In this document: positions 37,387 through 45,924 of the stretch, piece by piece
How positions within the stretch are numbered: the first letter of the stretch is position 1
How the letters are laid out: each line of letters opens with the position of its first letter
Assembly: GCA_943356495.1 (NCBI GenBank)
Contig: CALRFF010000001.1
Coordinates: forward strand, 24,957 to 88,956
From: Candidatus Nomurabacteria bacterium
Lineage (GTDB): Bacteria > Patescibacteriota > Minisyncoccia > Phycocordibacterales > SBAW01
DNA: 64,000 nt
Reading direction: 5' to 3'
The notes under the pieces: generated by a model
Databases searched by the model: none
What the model was told of the DNA's origin: nothing
Seen by the model: only the letters and a program-made list of their open reading frames with translations
Translations under genes and position numbers: made by a program

Positions 37387-37866
37387 TTATATAATTACCT
37401 GTGCAGGCCTGATAATATGGTTGTCTATTTTATATCCGCTACGCTCAACTGATGCAACGGTATGGTCTTCTCCCCGCTTAGCCAGTGCTTCGTGTTTGTG
37501 CGGGTCAAACTCATCTCCTACTGTACCAAATCGCTCCACGCCGATTTTACGTAACGACTCCAAAAACTGCTTCTCCAGCATCTTCAGTGTCGGTGTCTGC
37601 TCGTGCTTAAGCGACAACTCAAGCGCGTCTAATGCGGGCAACAGTTCTTCGATAAGGTTTGCGGTAATACGTGCTTCTTTGTCGGCGTGGATAGTTGCCT
37701 CCTCGCGTTTAAAGTTGGCAAAATCCGCGCGGGAGCGTTGCCAGCCTTCGAGGTATTCCTGCTTTTCCTCAACCGCTTTTTTTAGTTTCTCGCGCAAGCG
37801 TTTGAGCGCAGCCGGCCCCTCTTCTGCCTCCTCTTCGGAGACAAGCTCATCATCTCCAGTCTGCAT
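37387..37866 (-). CDS. grpE: Nucleotide exchange factor GrpE
   Basis: R..ADF.N, LLP.LD, FDP..HEA, GY......RPA.V. Confidence 0.95.
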   Translation of the reverse strand: MQTGDDELVSEEEAEEGPAALKRLREKLKKAVEEKQEYLEGWQRSRADFANFKREEATIHADKEARITANLIEELLPALDALELSLKHEQTPTLKMLEKQFLESLRKIGVERFGTVGDEFDPHKHEALAKRGEDHTVASVERSGYKIDNHIIRPAQVII

Positions 37867-37885
37867 ACGTTGCACTATTGTAAAC

Positions 37886-37918
37886 AAAAAAACGCCGGAG
37901 TCAAATCCGGCGTTTTTT
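37886..37918. terminator. Intrinsic terminator after rpsI
   Basis: AAAAAAACGCCGGA-GTCAAA-TCCGGCGTTTTTT. Confidence 0.85.
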
Positions 37919-37921
37919 ATT

Positions 37922-38335
37922 TTAGCGTTTAGACCACTGCTTGCGCTTGCGGGCCTTAACAAGCCCCGGCTTCTTGCGCTCTTTGGCGCGCGGGTCGCGC
38001 TTGAGGAAACCTTCTTTTTTAAGTGCGCCGCGCATCGTAATGTCATACTCGATAAGCGCGCGCGAGATAGCGTGGCGCAGAGCGACCGCTTGGCCTGCAA
38101 TGCCGCCGCCGGTAATAACCGCCGTTACCATAAACGGCGTGGCGGGAGTTACCTTAAGAAACGAGCTCAACGCCGTAACGCGCAGCTGCTCGGTCGCAAA
38201 GTAGTCGTTAGAGTCTTTGCCGTTAACCACCACGCTCATACGGGCGGCCGGCGTCAGACGCACGCGCGCAGACGCCGTCTTGCGGCGGCCCGTAGCAGCG
38301 ATGTAACGCTCGTCTTTTTTAGTAGTGGTAGCCAT
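37922..38335 (-). CDS. rpsI: 30S ribosomal protein S9
   Basis: GRRKTA.ARV, RDPR..ERKKPG, QWSKR. Confidence 0.98.
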   Translation of the reverse strand: MATTTKKDERYIAATGRRKTASARVRLTPAARMSVVVNGKDSNDYFATEQLRVTALSSFLKVTPATPFMVTAVITGGGIAGQAVALRHAISRALIEYDITMRGALKKEGFLKRDPRAKERKKPGLVKARKRKQWSKR

Positions 38336-38339
38336 ATAC

Positions 38340-38681
38340 TTATTCTTCAATAGTCAAAAGTTTAATGCGTGGGGTCTGGAGCTTGTTCTTGGGTAGCATG
38401 CGCAGTACGGCGCGGCGGATAGCCTCCTTCTTGCCGCGGCGTGCAGTCAGCTGGTCAAAGGTCTCAATTTTTTGGCCGCCCGGATAGCCCGAGTAGCGCA
38501 CGTACTCCATAGCCTTTTCCTTGTTGCCGGTAACGCGGATCTTGTTTGCGTTAACAATCTTAACCTCGACTTTGGCAACCAAGTGCTTAACAAAGTCGGT
38601 ATTGTGTTTGCCGAGCAGAGCTTTAGCCGCAGCTGATGCTACGCGGCCGAGAGACTTGTCCTGTGCGTCGATAGTAATCAT
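38340..38681 (-). CDS. rplM: 50S ribosomal protein L13
   Basis: IDA....LGR.AS, SGYPGG, MLPKN. Confidence 0.96.
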   Translation of the reverse strand: MITIDAQDKSLGRVASAAAKALLGKHNTDFVKHLVAKVEVKIVNANKIRVTGNKEKAMEYVRYSGYPGGQKIETFDQLTARRGKKEAIRRAVLRMLPKNKLQTPRIKLLTIEE

Positions 38682-38685
38682 ATAA

Positions 38686-39033
38686 TTATACGAATTCGAT
38701 TATGGCCATTTCTGCGGCATCGCCTTTGCGCGGTCCCATCTTAACGATGCGCAGGTAGCCGCCGGTGCGGCCGTCGTAGGTTTTGGCGGTGGAGATAAGC
38801 TTGGTTACCGCTTTTTCATCGCCCAAAGTCGAAATAAGCAGGCGGCGGTTGCTCAGCGTATCGGTGCGGCCGCGGGTTATCAACTTTTCTACATACGGGC
38901 GGATTTCTTTTGCCTTGGCAATCGTGGTCTGGATCTTGCCGCGCAGCACCAACGAGCGCGCCAAAGACTTCAAGAGCGCCTTGCGCTGCCCCCTTTCGCG
39001 ACCAAATTTACGATTTACATTACCGTGACGCAT
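38686..39033 (-). CDS. rplQ: 50S ribosomal protein L17
   Basis: MRH, I.TT.AKAKE, GGY.RI, GDAA. Confidence 0.97.
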   Translation of the reverse strand: MRHGNVNRKFGRERGQRKALLKSLARSLVLRGKIQTTIAKAKEIRPYVEKLITRGRTDTLSNRRLLISTLGDEKAVTKLISTAKTYDGRTGGYLRIVKMGPRKGDAAEMAIIEFV

Positions 39034-39038
39034 ATAGT

Positions 39039-39992
39039 TTATTTAAGGACGATCCCGAAGGCGCCGAGCGCGCGCTTGATCTCTTGTATTGCCTTCGGCC
39101 CCAAGCCCTCTATCTCAAGCAGGTCCTGCTCTTTTTTGCGGGCAAGGCCGCCGACGGTGCGGATGTTGGCCTTTTCGAGCGCAGAGACCGTGCGGCTGCC
39201 GAGCTCGAGGTCCTCGATGCGGGTCTTGAGCGCCTCGGAAGCGTTTTCCGACGATGCCGGCGCGGCCGAGTCACCCGCCGGTTCCTCAGAAGCAATAGCC
39301 TCTTCGCGGAAGCCGACAATGGCTTTAAGCTGCGTAATCATAATTTCGATAGCCTGCTCGAGCGCCGCACGGCTACCCAAGGTGCCGTCGGTCTCGATAG
39401 AGACGCGCAGACGGTTAAAGTCGGTGCGGTCGCCGACGCGCATGTTTTCTACCTCGTAGTTAACGCGGCGAATAGGGCTAAAGATAGCGTCGACGGAAAT
39501 TTCGCCGATATCAACGCGCTCCTTCTTCAATGCCTCGCGCGGTACGTAGCCAAGCCCGCGCTCTACGCGAAACTCGGCGTTAAGGCCGTTTTTGTCGGTA
39601 ACTTCGCAGATGTAGGAGTTGGGGTTAAGCAAACGGACTTGACCGGGCAACTCCAAGTCGGCGCCGGAGACCTTTTGTGCACCTTTGATGTTAAGCGTGA
39701 CCGTTTGCGGTTCGCTGGTAAGCACCTCGAAGCGGAGCTTTTTAAGGTTAAGCAACATAGTGACCACGTCCTCGCGTACGCCCGCGAGCGTGGAGAATTC
39801 ATGCTCGACACCGTCGATTTTAACCGAGGTGATAGCCGCGCCCGGAAGCGAGGAAAGGATAATGCGGCGCAAGCTGTTACCCAGCGTGTGCCCGTAGCCC
39901 GGGTACAGACCGTCTATTTCATAGACGCCCTCTGTCCCTTCCTCTGAAACTACACGAGGCTTGCTCGGCAGTGTTATAGAATATTCCATCAT
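39039..39992 (-). CDS. rpoA: RNA polymerase subunit alpha
   Basis: GYG.TLGNSLRRI.LSSLPG, HEF, alpha-CTD. Confidence 0.98.
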   Translation of the reverse strand: MMEYSITLPSKPRVVSEEGTEGVYEIDGLYPGYGHTLGNSLRRIILSSLPGAAITSVKIDGVEHEFSTLAGVREDVVTMLLNLKKLRFEVLTSEPQTVTLNIKGAQKVSGADLELPGQVRLLNPNSYICEVTDKNGLNAEFRVERGLGYVPREALKKERVDIGEISVDAIFSPIRRVNYEVENMRVGDRTDFNRLRVSIETDGTLGSRAALEQAIEIMITQLKAIVGFREEAIASEEPAGDSAAPASSENASEALKTRIEDLELGSRTVSALEKANIRTVGGLARKKEQDLLEIEGLGPKAIQEIKRALGAFGIVLK

Positions 39993-40051
39993 AACTCAAT
40001 CGTGATTCTTAATAATTCTTTTTAATTGGCCAAATTTCGACAAAATTTGGC

Positions 40052-40666
40052 TTACCGACTGTAGAACTGAATGATAACCGGCGCATTAAACGGCGCTTCG
40101 GTGTCAGAAAGGGTGGGTGCCTCGGCTAGCGTAGCCTCAAATCCGTTGTCGCCCATGGTAATCCAAGACGGCGTCTTGGTCTCGGCGGCCATCTCGGCAC
40201 GGGTCGCAAACAGGGGGCTGGTGCGGCTCTCGGCACGGATAGCGACCGCCTCGCCCGCCTTAACCTGGTAGGACGGTACGTTCATGCGCTTGCCGTTAAC
40301 AATAACGTGGCCGTGCGACACCAGTTGGCGGGCGGCGCGGCGGGTCTTAACAAACCCCGCGCGGAAGACGACGTTGTCGAGGCGCGCCTCAAGACGTGAA
40401 AGGAGGCCTGAGACCGCGGTCTGACCCTTCTTTTCCATAGCCTCGTGCACGTAGCGGCTGAACTGGCTTTCAGAAAGACCGTAGGTAAAGCGCGCCTTCT
40501 GCTTTTCGAGCAGCTGTGCGCCAAAGTCGCTGCCGCCGCCGCGTTTTCCGCGGCTTTGCTTGCGCGGCTTGTTAGCCTCGGAAAGCTGAAACTTCTGCGT
40601 CTGGCACTTTTCAAAAACGCTCGCACCCAAGCGCTTACAAATTTTATATTTTGGTCCGATTATCAT
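40052..40666 (-). CDS. rpsD: 30S ribosomal protein S4
   Basis: QL.EKQK, RLDNVVFR.G, ARQLVSHGH, FYSR. Confidence 0.98.
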   Translation of the reverse strand: MIIGPKYKICKRLGASVFEKCQTQKFQLSEANKPRKQSRGKRGGGSDFGAQLLEKQKARFTYGLSESQFSRYVHEAMEKKGQTAVSGLLSRLEARLDNVVFRAGFVKTRRAARQLVSHGHVIVNGKRMNVPSYQVKAGEAVAIRAESRTSPLFATRAEMAAETKTPSWITMGDNGFEATLAEAPTLSDTEAPFNAPVIIQFYSR

Positions 40667-40672
40667 AGTGGT

Positions 40673-41083
40673 TTATATGCGACGTGCTTTAGGCGGGCGT
40701 GGGCCGTTGTGCGGCACCGGGGTGTTGTCCTTAATGCCCGTAATATGGATACCTTTGGTGGCAAACGCGCGTATAGAGCTCTCGCGGCCGGCACCGACGC
40801 CGGAGACGACCACCGACACCTCTTTGCAGCCCATGTTGCCGGCACGCTCGCCGATAAGCTCGCCTACCTTGGCGGCCGCAAACGGGGTGCCCTTTTTAGC
40901 ACCGCTAAAGCCCAGACTGCCGGAAGAAGACCATGTAACCACGTTGCCCGAGGTGTCCGCAAGGGAAACCTTGGTGTTGTTGTAGGTGGCCTCTACATAC
41001 AAGGTACCCGCGTCGAGCTTGCGCTTAGTGCGGGTTGAAGTTGCTGCAGACTCGTCTTTTTTAATTGTTTTCTTAGTTGCCAT
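40673..41083 (-). CDS. rpsK: 30S ribosomal protein S11
   Basis: TYNNT, KKGTPFAA, TPVPHNG.RP. Confidence 0.98.
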   Translation of the reverse strand: MATKKTIKKDESAATSTRTKRKLDAGTLYVEATYNNTKVSLADTSGNVVTWSSSGSLGFSGAKKGTPFAAAKVGELIGERAGNMGCKEVSVVVSGVGAGRESSIRAFATKGIHITGIKDNTPVPHNGPRPPKARRI

Positions 41084-41090
41084 ACATCAA

Positions 41091-41468
41091 TTAGGTTTTG
41101 CTTTCCTTGCGACGACCCGAACCCATGGTCTTGCGGACGTTGCCGCGTACCGTGCGGGAGTTGGTCTTGGTGCGCTGACCGCGGGCCGGAAGTTTTTTAG
41201 CATGGCGGGAGCCGCGGTACGCGCCGATGTCCTTAAGGCGCTTGATGTTGCCGGACACTTCACGCTTAAGGTCGCCCTCGAGTTTTAGGCCTTCGAGCTG
41301 TTTGCGGATAGCGTTCTCTTCCTCGGCGGTCAAGTCGTCCGCTTTTTTTGAAAGGTCAATTTTGGCGGCGGTCAAAATTTTAAGCGCGCGGGCAGGCCCG
41401 ATGCCGTAGAGCGCCGTAAGAGCGAAGGGAACACGTTTATTGGGGATAGTAATACCTGAAATACGCAT
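41091..41468 (-). CDS. rpsM: 30S ribosomal protein S13
   Basis: LYGIG, YRG.RH...LP.RGQRT.TN. Confidence 0.98.
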   Translation of the reverse strand: MRISGITIPNKRVPFALTALYGIGPARALKILTAAKIDLSKKADDLTAEEENAIRKQLEGLKLEGDLKREVSGNIKRLKDIGAYRGSRHAKKLPARGQRTKTNSRTVRGNVRKTMGSGRRKESKT

Positions 41469-41483
41469 ACAAAAATATCTACC

Positions 41484-41597
41484 TTAGCCTTGGCGCTGCT
41501 TGTGGCGCGGGTTAACGCACACTACGTAAATCCGCCCTTTGCGGCGGACCAACTTACAAGTAGCACAGCGGGTGTGTATAGAGGATTTGATCTTCAT
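41484..41597 (-). CDS. rpmJ: 50S ribosomal protein L36 (not in ORF track)
   Basis: [37 protein letters not shown], translated manually. Confidence 0.97.
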   Translation of the reverse strand: MKIKSSIHTRCATCKLVRRKGRIYVVCVNPRHKQRQG

Positions 41598-41602
41598 CTG
41601 AC

Positions 41603-41815
41603 CTAGAGTCTTCGGGTGATGCGCGCTTTGCCGCCGTACGGATCAAGTTTAAGAAGCACCTTGTCCCCTACGAGCACTTTAATGCGGTGGAGCCGCATTT
41701 TGCCTGCGAGGTACGACAACACCAGTTCGCCGTTATCCAAAGACACTTTGAATAACGTGTTAGGCAGGGCCTCTTCTACGACGCCCTGTATTTCCGGTGC
41801 TTTCGTATCCATCAA
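41603..41815 (-). CDS. infA: Translation initiation factor IF-1
   Basis: EALPN..F.V, GKMR...I.VL.GD.V. Confidence 0.97.
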   Translation of the reverse strand: MMDTKAPEIQGVVEEALPNTLFKVSLDNGELVLSYLAGKMRLHRIKVLVGDKVLLKLDPYGGKARITRRL

Positions 41816-41861
41816 CTGACGACGCGTTCTATCTTAACCTACTCTTTTGATGGTGTCAAAG

Positions 41862-41900
41862 CCGACGCTTTTAGGTCGGCTCCCCGACCAAAAGCGTCGG
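41862..41900. repeat. REP-like palindromic element
   Basis: CCGACGCTTTT-A-GGTCGG-CTCC-CCGACC-AAAAGCGTCGG. Confidence 0.7.
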
Positions 41901-41910
41901 GGCAAAGGCC

Positions 41911-43128
41911 TTATTTGGCCACTTTGACCGTTATTTTTTCGGGGTCTGAGGGGAACGTTGAGCTCCAAACCGGCCGCATAGTAGCCGCCACATTGACTAT
42001 CGCCGGTTCTAGTGACTTAGTGTAGGTCTCAAGTTCCGACTTTTTCATGCCTATTAGTGCGGTTTTAAGCGCCGCGCTGTCAAATAACCAGCTAAGTGTG
42101 GCAGTCCCCTTTAGCTGCAGCTGGAGCGTATTACCCTGCGGCGTGCTGCTGGCAGAAAGATTGATTGCCGAAGGGTCGGTAAATCCTACGGGTTCGCCTG
42201 TATATCCGGTGACAGTTTGTTTTGCTACGGCGCTTGCCAAGTCGTTCAAGCGGACGATTACGGCATTGGCGGTAGCGGTTTCTGAAAGTGATGCGGTGTC
42301 GCTGCTTGCCGGAGTCTGTAGCATCTCGCCGAAGGTTACGGTCAGCGTGCCTTCAACTAAAGCGTATCCTTCGGAGATGTTGCCGGTCAGTTGTGCGCGC
42401 AGCGAAGCTTCAAGCTGTTGTTCAAGCTGTTGCTTTGCTTTTTGTTTGTCGGCCGCAGCGACCGCGGGCTGGGTGCCGGTAAACCCGCCGGTTATAGGGC
42501 CTGAAGTAGCCGTTATTTTGGTGTAGCGGGGGTCGCCTTTAAACCCCGGGACTGTGTACTTAGTATCGCCGGTGCGGTTGTAGTCGGGGCCCGGATTGTC
42601 CGCGTACGCCATAGCCGAGGCTATCCCCGGTATTGCGCCTTTGCTCCCCGGTATTACTATCGAGTCGCGGATACGGTAAATTTTGCCGTCCGGCGCCTGA
42701 AAGCGCGTGTTTGCAATAATACGCTGCGGGTCGGCGCTGTAGGTGTTAGATATCGTTATAAGTCCGCTTGCTTGTTTAGAAACTTTTTCGGTACCTTTGG
42801 CTGCTACGGTAGTGGTCCCCGACTGACTAACGGCCAATGTTTGGTACGGCAAAGTTCCCACCGGACCGCTAAGTTGCGCGGGTATGGTAGCGGGCAGAGT
42901 TACCTCGGCCTGGCGCGGCGTTACCGTAACAGTCGCTCCCGCAAACACCGTTGACAATAGGGTGCCCAGCAGGGCGGCTATCACCGCCACAACCAGAGCC
43001 AGCAACCACACGCGCTTATTGCGTTTTGGTGCACGGCGACGCACCGGTGCCGCGGGTTCTTGCGGTAGGGAGTGCTCGTGCTTGCGGCGGACGGTAATAT
43101 TGCGGATAGAGCGGTCTTGGTTGGGCAT
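41911..43128 (-). CDS. Membrane-anchored baseplate-J-like beta protein
   Basis: Basic N-terminus, one TM, KASG.ITI.N, TRF...G..YR, YN, GGF.G pattern recalled from CPR proteins. Confidence 0.65.
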   Translation of the reverse strand: MPNQDRSIRNITVRRKHEHSLPQEPAAPVRRRAPKRNKRVWLLALVVAVIAALLGTLLSTVFAGATVTVTPRQAEVTLPATIPAQLSGPVGTLPYQTLAVSQSGTTTVAAKGTEKVSKQASGLITISNTYSADPQRIIANTRFQAPDGKIYRIRDSIVIPGSKGAIPGIASAMAYADNPGPDYNRTGDTKYTVPGFKGDPRYTKITATSGPITGGFTGTQPAVAAADKQKAKQQLEQQLEASLRAQLTGNISEGYALVEGTLTVTFGEMLQTPASSDTASLSETATANAVIVRLNDLASAVAKQTVTGYTGEPVGFTDPSAINLSASSTPQGNTLQLQLKGTATLSWLFDSAALKTALIGMKKSELETYTKSLEPAIVNVAATMRPVWSSTFPSDPEKITVKVAK

Positions 43129-43133
43129 AGGTT

Positions 43134-44066
43134 TTATTGAGTATAACGCAGGTACAGCGCATCGAGAACAAGGAACAGGTCTTGGCCGCCCGGAGAACCG
43201 AGATGTTTGTGGATCTGCGCCGGGCGCAAGGCGCGCACCACCCCGCCCTGGGGAAATAATTCCGACAAGTGCCGGTGGCTGAGCGCGCGGGCAAAGTATT
43301 CGCCCGCCGGCGAGACTACCCACACGCGGTCGGGCGCATAGGCGTCAAACAACTCTTTAGCGGCGCTTTTAAACTCTTTCGCGTAGTGCTCGCTCGAGGA
43401 GCCGAGCGGCCCTTCAGGATGTCGCAGATGCAAAGCCGAGCGCGCCTCGGCATCGGAAAGCCCGCCATGCGTTTTAAGCGTACGGAGGGGCAAGTTCATG
43501 CCGTGCGGGATAGTCGCGTGTCCCGCCACGACACCATTATGTACCAGCACCAGCTCGGTTATTTCGTGCGTCACAAGGCACAGTAAGTATTTATCTTCGT
43601 ACGGAGTGAGTGCCCGCATCCCTTGCGCGGCCGCTCCTGCATGGGTAAAAAACTGTGCAGGAGCATCAAAATACGGCGACGCCTCCTGCAGGAGTACTTC
43701 CTGCATGTGCGGCACAAAGTCGGGGGTGCCGTTGGCAAGATTGGGCTTGCCCCACGGCGGAGACATAAAGGTGGAGATGTTTGAGACAACACCCATGCTC
43801 GGGTTGCCGCCGTTGCGCAAACGCGCCGCAAGCTCGCTCATGCGCACCATAGCCTCCTGCAAAAGTTCTCGCGTCTCTGCCGCCAGCGACTCTGCGCCGC
43901 GATGCGGACGAATGGGCATATGCTTGCGGAATTCGCCTAACAGTTTAAGCGAGCCGTCCGGGCCAAGACGCGCCAAGGCAGAGCCGACGCTCCCCGACTC
44001 GATGTCGAGTATAAGCACGGTTTTGCCTTCTTTCTCTTGTATTTTTTTCCCGCGCCCAAAGAGCAT
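43134..44066 (-). CDS. Divergent actin-fold (FtsA/PilM-like) protein
   Basis: LILDIESGSV phosphate-1 motif; LL..V..EITE....G.......IP.G second lobe. Confidence 0.55.
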   Translation of the reverse strand: MLFGRGKKIQEKEGKTVLILDIESGSVGSALARLGPDGSLKLLGEFRKHMPIRPHRGAESLAAETRELLQEAMVRMSELAARLRNGGNPSMGVVSNISTFMSPPWGKPNLANGTPDFVPHMQEVLLQEASPYFDAPAQFFTHAGAAAQGMRALTPYEDKYLLCLVTHEITELVLVHNGVVAGHATIPHGMNLPLRTLKTHGGLSDAEARSALHLRHPEGPLGSSSEHYAKEFKSAAKELFDAYAPDRVWVVSPAGEYFARALSHRHLSELFPQGGVVRALRPAQIHKHLGSPGGQDLFLVLDALYLRYTQ

Positions 44067-44070
44067 GCAG

Positions 44071-45885
44071 TTATTCTATCACTGCTTTTATGCGCCGTAC
44101 GCCTTGTGCCACCGCTTCTTCTTTTTGAATTTTAAAGACGCCTGCCTCGCCTATCTGCCCCGTGTGCTCGACATGCGGGCCGCCGCAAAACTCGATAGAA
44201 AATGCTTGGTCAAGCGGGCCTACCGAGTACACCGACACACGGTCGGGGTATTTGGCGCCAAACTCATGCTCGGCACCGAGCTTTTCGGCCTCTTCTTTAG
44301 GCATCAAGGTTTGCACAACGGCAATATCTTCTTTTATTTTTTCATTGACTATGCGCTCCACCTCGGCTTTTTGCTCCGGTGTCATCTTTTGGCCGTAGCT
44401 AAAGTCGATGCGCAGACGCTCTTGGGTAATATTGCTACCGCGCTGGTGTACTTCGGGGCCGAGCACTATCTGCAAAGCCTTTAACAGCAGGTGGTGTGCG
44501 GTGTGCAGGCGCGTTGTCTTTTCGCTCGTGTCAGCCAAGCCGCCTTTAAACTTTTGCTCGCTGCCCGCGCGGGAAAGCTCGGAATGCTTTTTTAGCAGTT
44601 CTTTAAACCCTTCAATATCTACCTGCTTAATCCCGCGCATACCCGCTTCTTCGATAATAAGCTCAAGTGGAAATCCGTAGGTAGTAAAAAGCTGAAACGC
44701 GTCCTCCCCGGTGATGGCGCCGTCGCCGGCGAAGCGCTCGAGCTCTTTAATACCGCGCTCAAGTGTTTTACGAAAACGCTCTTCTTCCTGCACCAACTCG
44801 AGCCGTATATTACCTTTGTGCTCTTCCAGCAACGGGTAGGCGTCTTTGTACTGGGCGACAATAGCCTCTACCAAGGCACCCAGCTCGCCCGGAGGTACGC
44901 GCAGCTGGTCGCAAAAGCGCACCGCGCGGCGGATAAGGCGACGTACCACATAGCCGCGCTCAACGGGTCCCGGTTTAACGCCGTCGCCTATAAGAAATAC
45001 GGCGGCTTTACTATGGTCGGCCACTATACGAAAGGCTTTGGTTATCTCTGCAGACTCCGCGTAGCGCTTGCCGCATACTTTTTCGAGATGCTTAATAACC
45101 GCGCCGTGATTAACCAAAAAGATATCGTTGTTATTTTGCGCGACCATGGCAATACGCTCAAGCCCGCCGCCGAAGTCGACGTTTTGTTTAGGCAACAGGC
45201 CGAAGGTACCGTCAGTGTTCTTTATATATTGCATAAAAACCGAGTTCCCAATCTCTAAAAACCGGCCGCAATCGCAGTTGGGGTGGCACGCCTCGCCGAA
45301 CTCCGGATTGTGCACGATGTCGGTAAACTCGTAGAAGATTTCCGAATCGGGGCCGCCGGGCTCGCCTGCGGGCATGTTTTCGGGGACGCCGGCGCGGCTC
45401 CACCAGTTTTTATTTGATCCGTAATAACAGATATGATCTTCGGGCATGCCTAGTTTTTTCCAAATCTCAAAGGACTCCGTGTCTTTGGGCAAATTAAGCG
45501 CCTCTTCGCCCGCAAAACAGGTGACCCACAAGCGCTCTTTGGGCAGGCCTACCTCTTTAGTTAAAAATTCGTAAACAAAAGAAAGCTGTTCTTGTTTAAA
45601 ATAATCACCCAAAGACCAATTGCCGAGCATTTCAAAAAAAGTGGTGTGGCGGTTGTCGCCGACCTCCTCAATATCCATCGAACGGAAGCATTTTTGCGAG
45701 TCTACAAGTCTGTTGCCGGAGGGATGGCTTTTGCCGAGCAGATACGGCACCAGCGGCTGCATACCCGAGCCGGTAAAGAGCGTGGTAGGGTCGTTTTCGG
45801 GCACCAAGGGCGAGCTGGGTAGCACCGTGTGCCCTTTGCTCACAAAGAAATCCAAATATTTCTGCCGAATTTCGCTAGCCTGCAT
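44071..45885 (-). CDS. alaS: Alanyl-tRNA synthetase, short form (no C-Ala domain)
   Basis: FFEMLGNWS.GDYFK, ADH, YGFP, editing motifs HTAHH and CGGPH. Confidence 0.97.
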   Translation of the reverse strand: MQASEIRQKYLDFFVSKGHTVLPSSPLVPENDPTTLFTGSGMQPLVPYLLGKSHPSGNRLVDSQKCFRSMDIEEVGDNRHTTFFEMLGNWSLGDYFKQEQLSFVYEFLTKEVGLPKERLWVTCFAGEEALNLPKDTESFEIWKKLGMPEDHICYYGSNKNWWSRAGVPENMPAGEPGGPDSEIFYEFTDIVHNPEFGEACHPNCDCGRFLEIGNSVFMQYIKNTDGTFGLLPKQNVDFGGGLERIAMVAQNNNDIFLVNHGAVIKHLEKVCGKRYAESAEITKAFRIVADHSKAAVFLIGDGVKPGPVERGYVVRRLIRRAVRFCDQLRVPPGELGALVEAIVAQYKDAYPLLEEHKGNIRLELVQEEERFRKTLERGIKELERFAGDGAITGEDAFQLFTTYGFPLELIIEEAGMRGIKQVDIEGFKELLKKHSELSRAGSEQKFKGGLADTSEKTTRLHTAHHLLLKALQIVLGPEVHQRGSNITQERLRIDFSYGQKMTPEQKAEVERIVNEKIKEDIAVVQTLMPKEEAEKLGAEHEFGAKYPDRVSVYSVGPLDQAFSIEFCGGPHVEHTGQIGEAGVFKIQKEEAVAQGVRRIKAVIE

Positions 45886-45924
45886 TGAGTCCTATCATAC
45901 CCAACTTCAGAGAATTTTGGTACC

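Noticed and set aside
37867-38100. N-terminal extension of GrpE
   Set aside because: Overlaps rpsI and its terminator; the real start is 37866
41911-43128. Prophage tail module
   Set aside because: Isolated, membrane-anchored gene flanked by housekeeping genes
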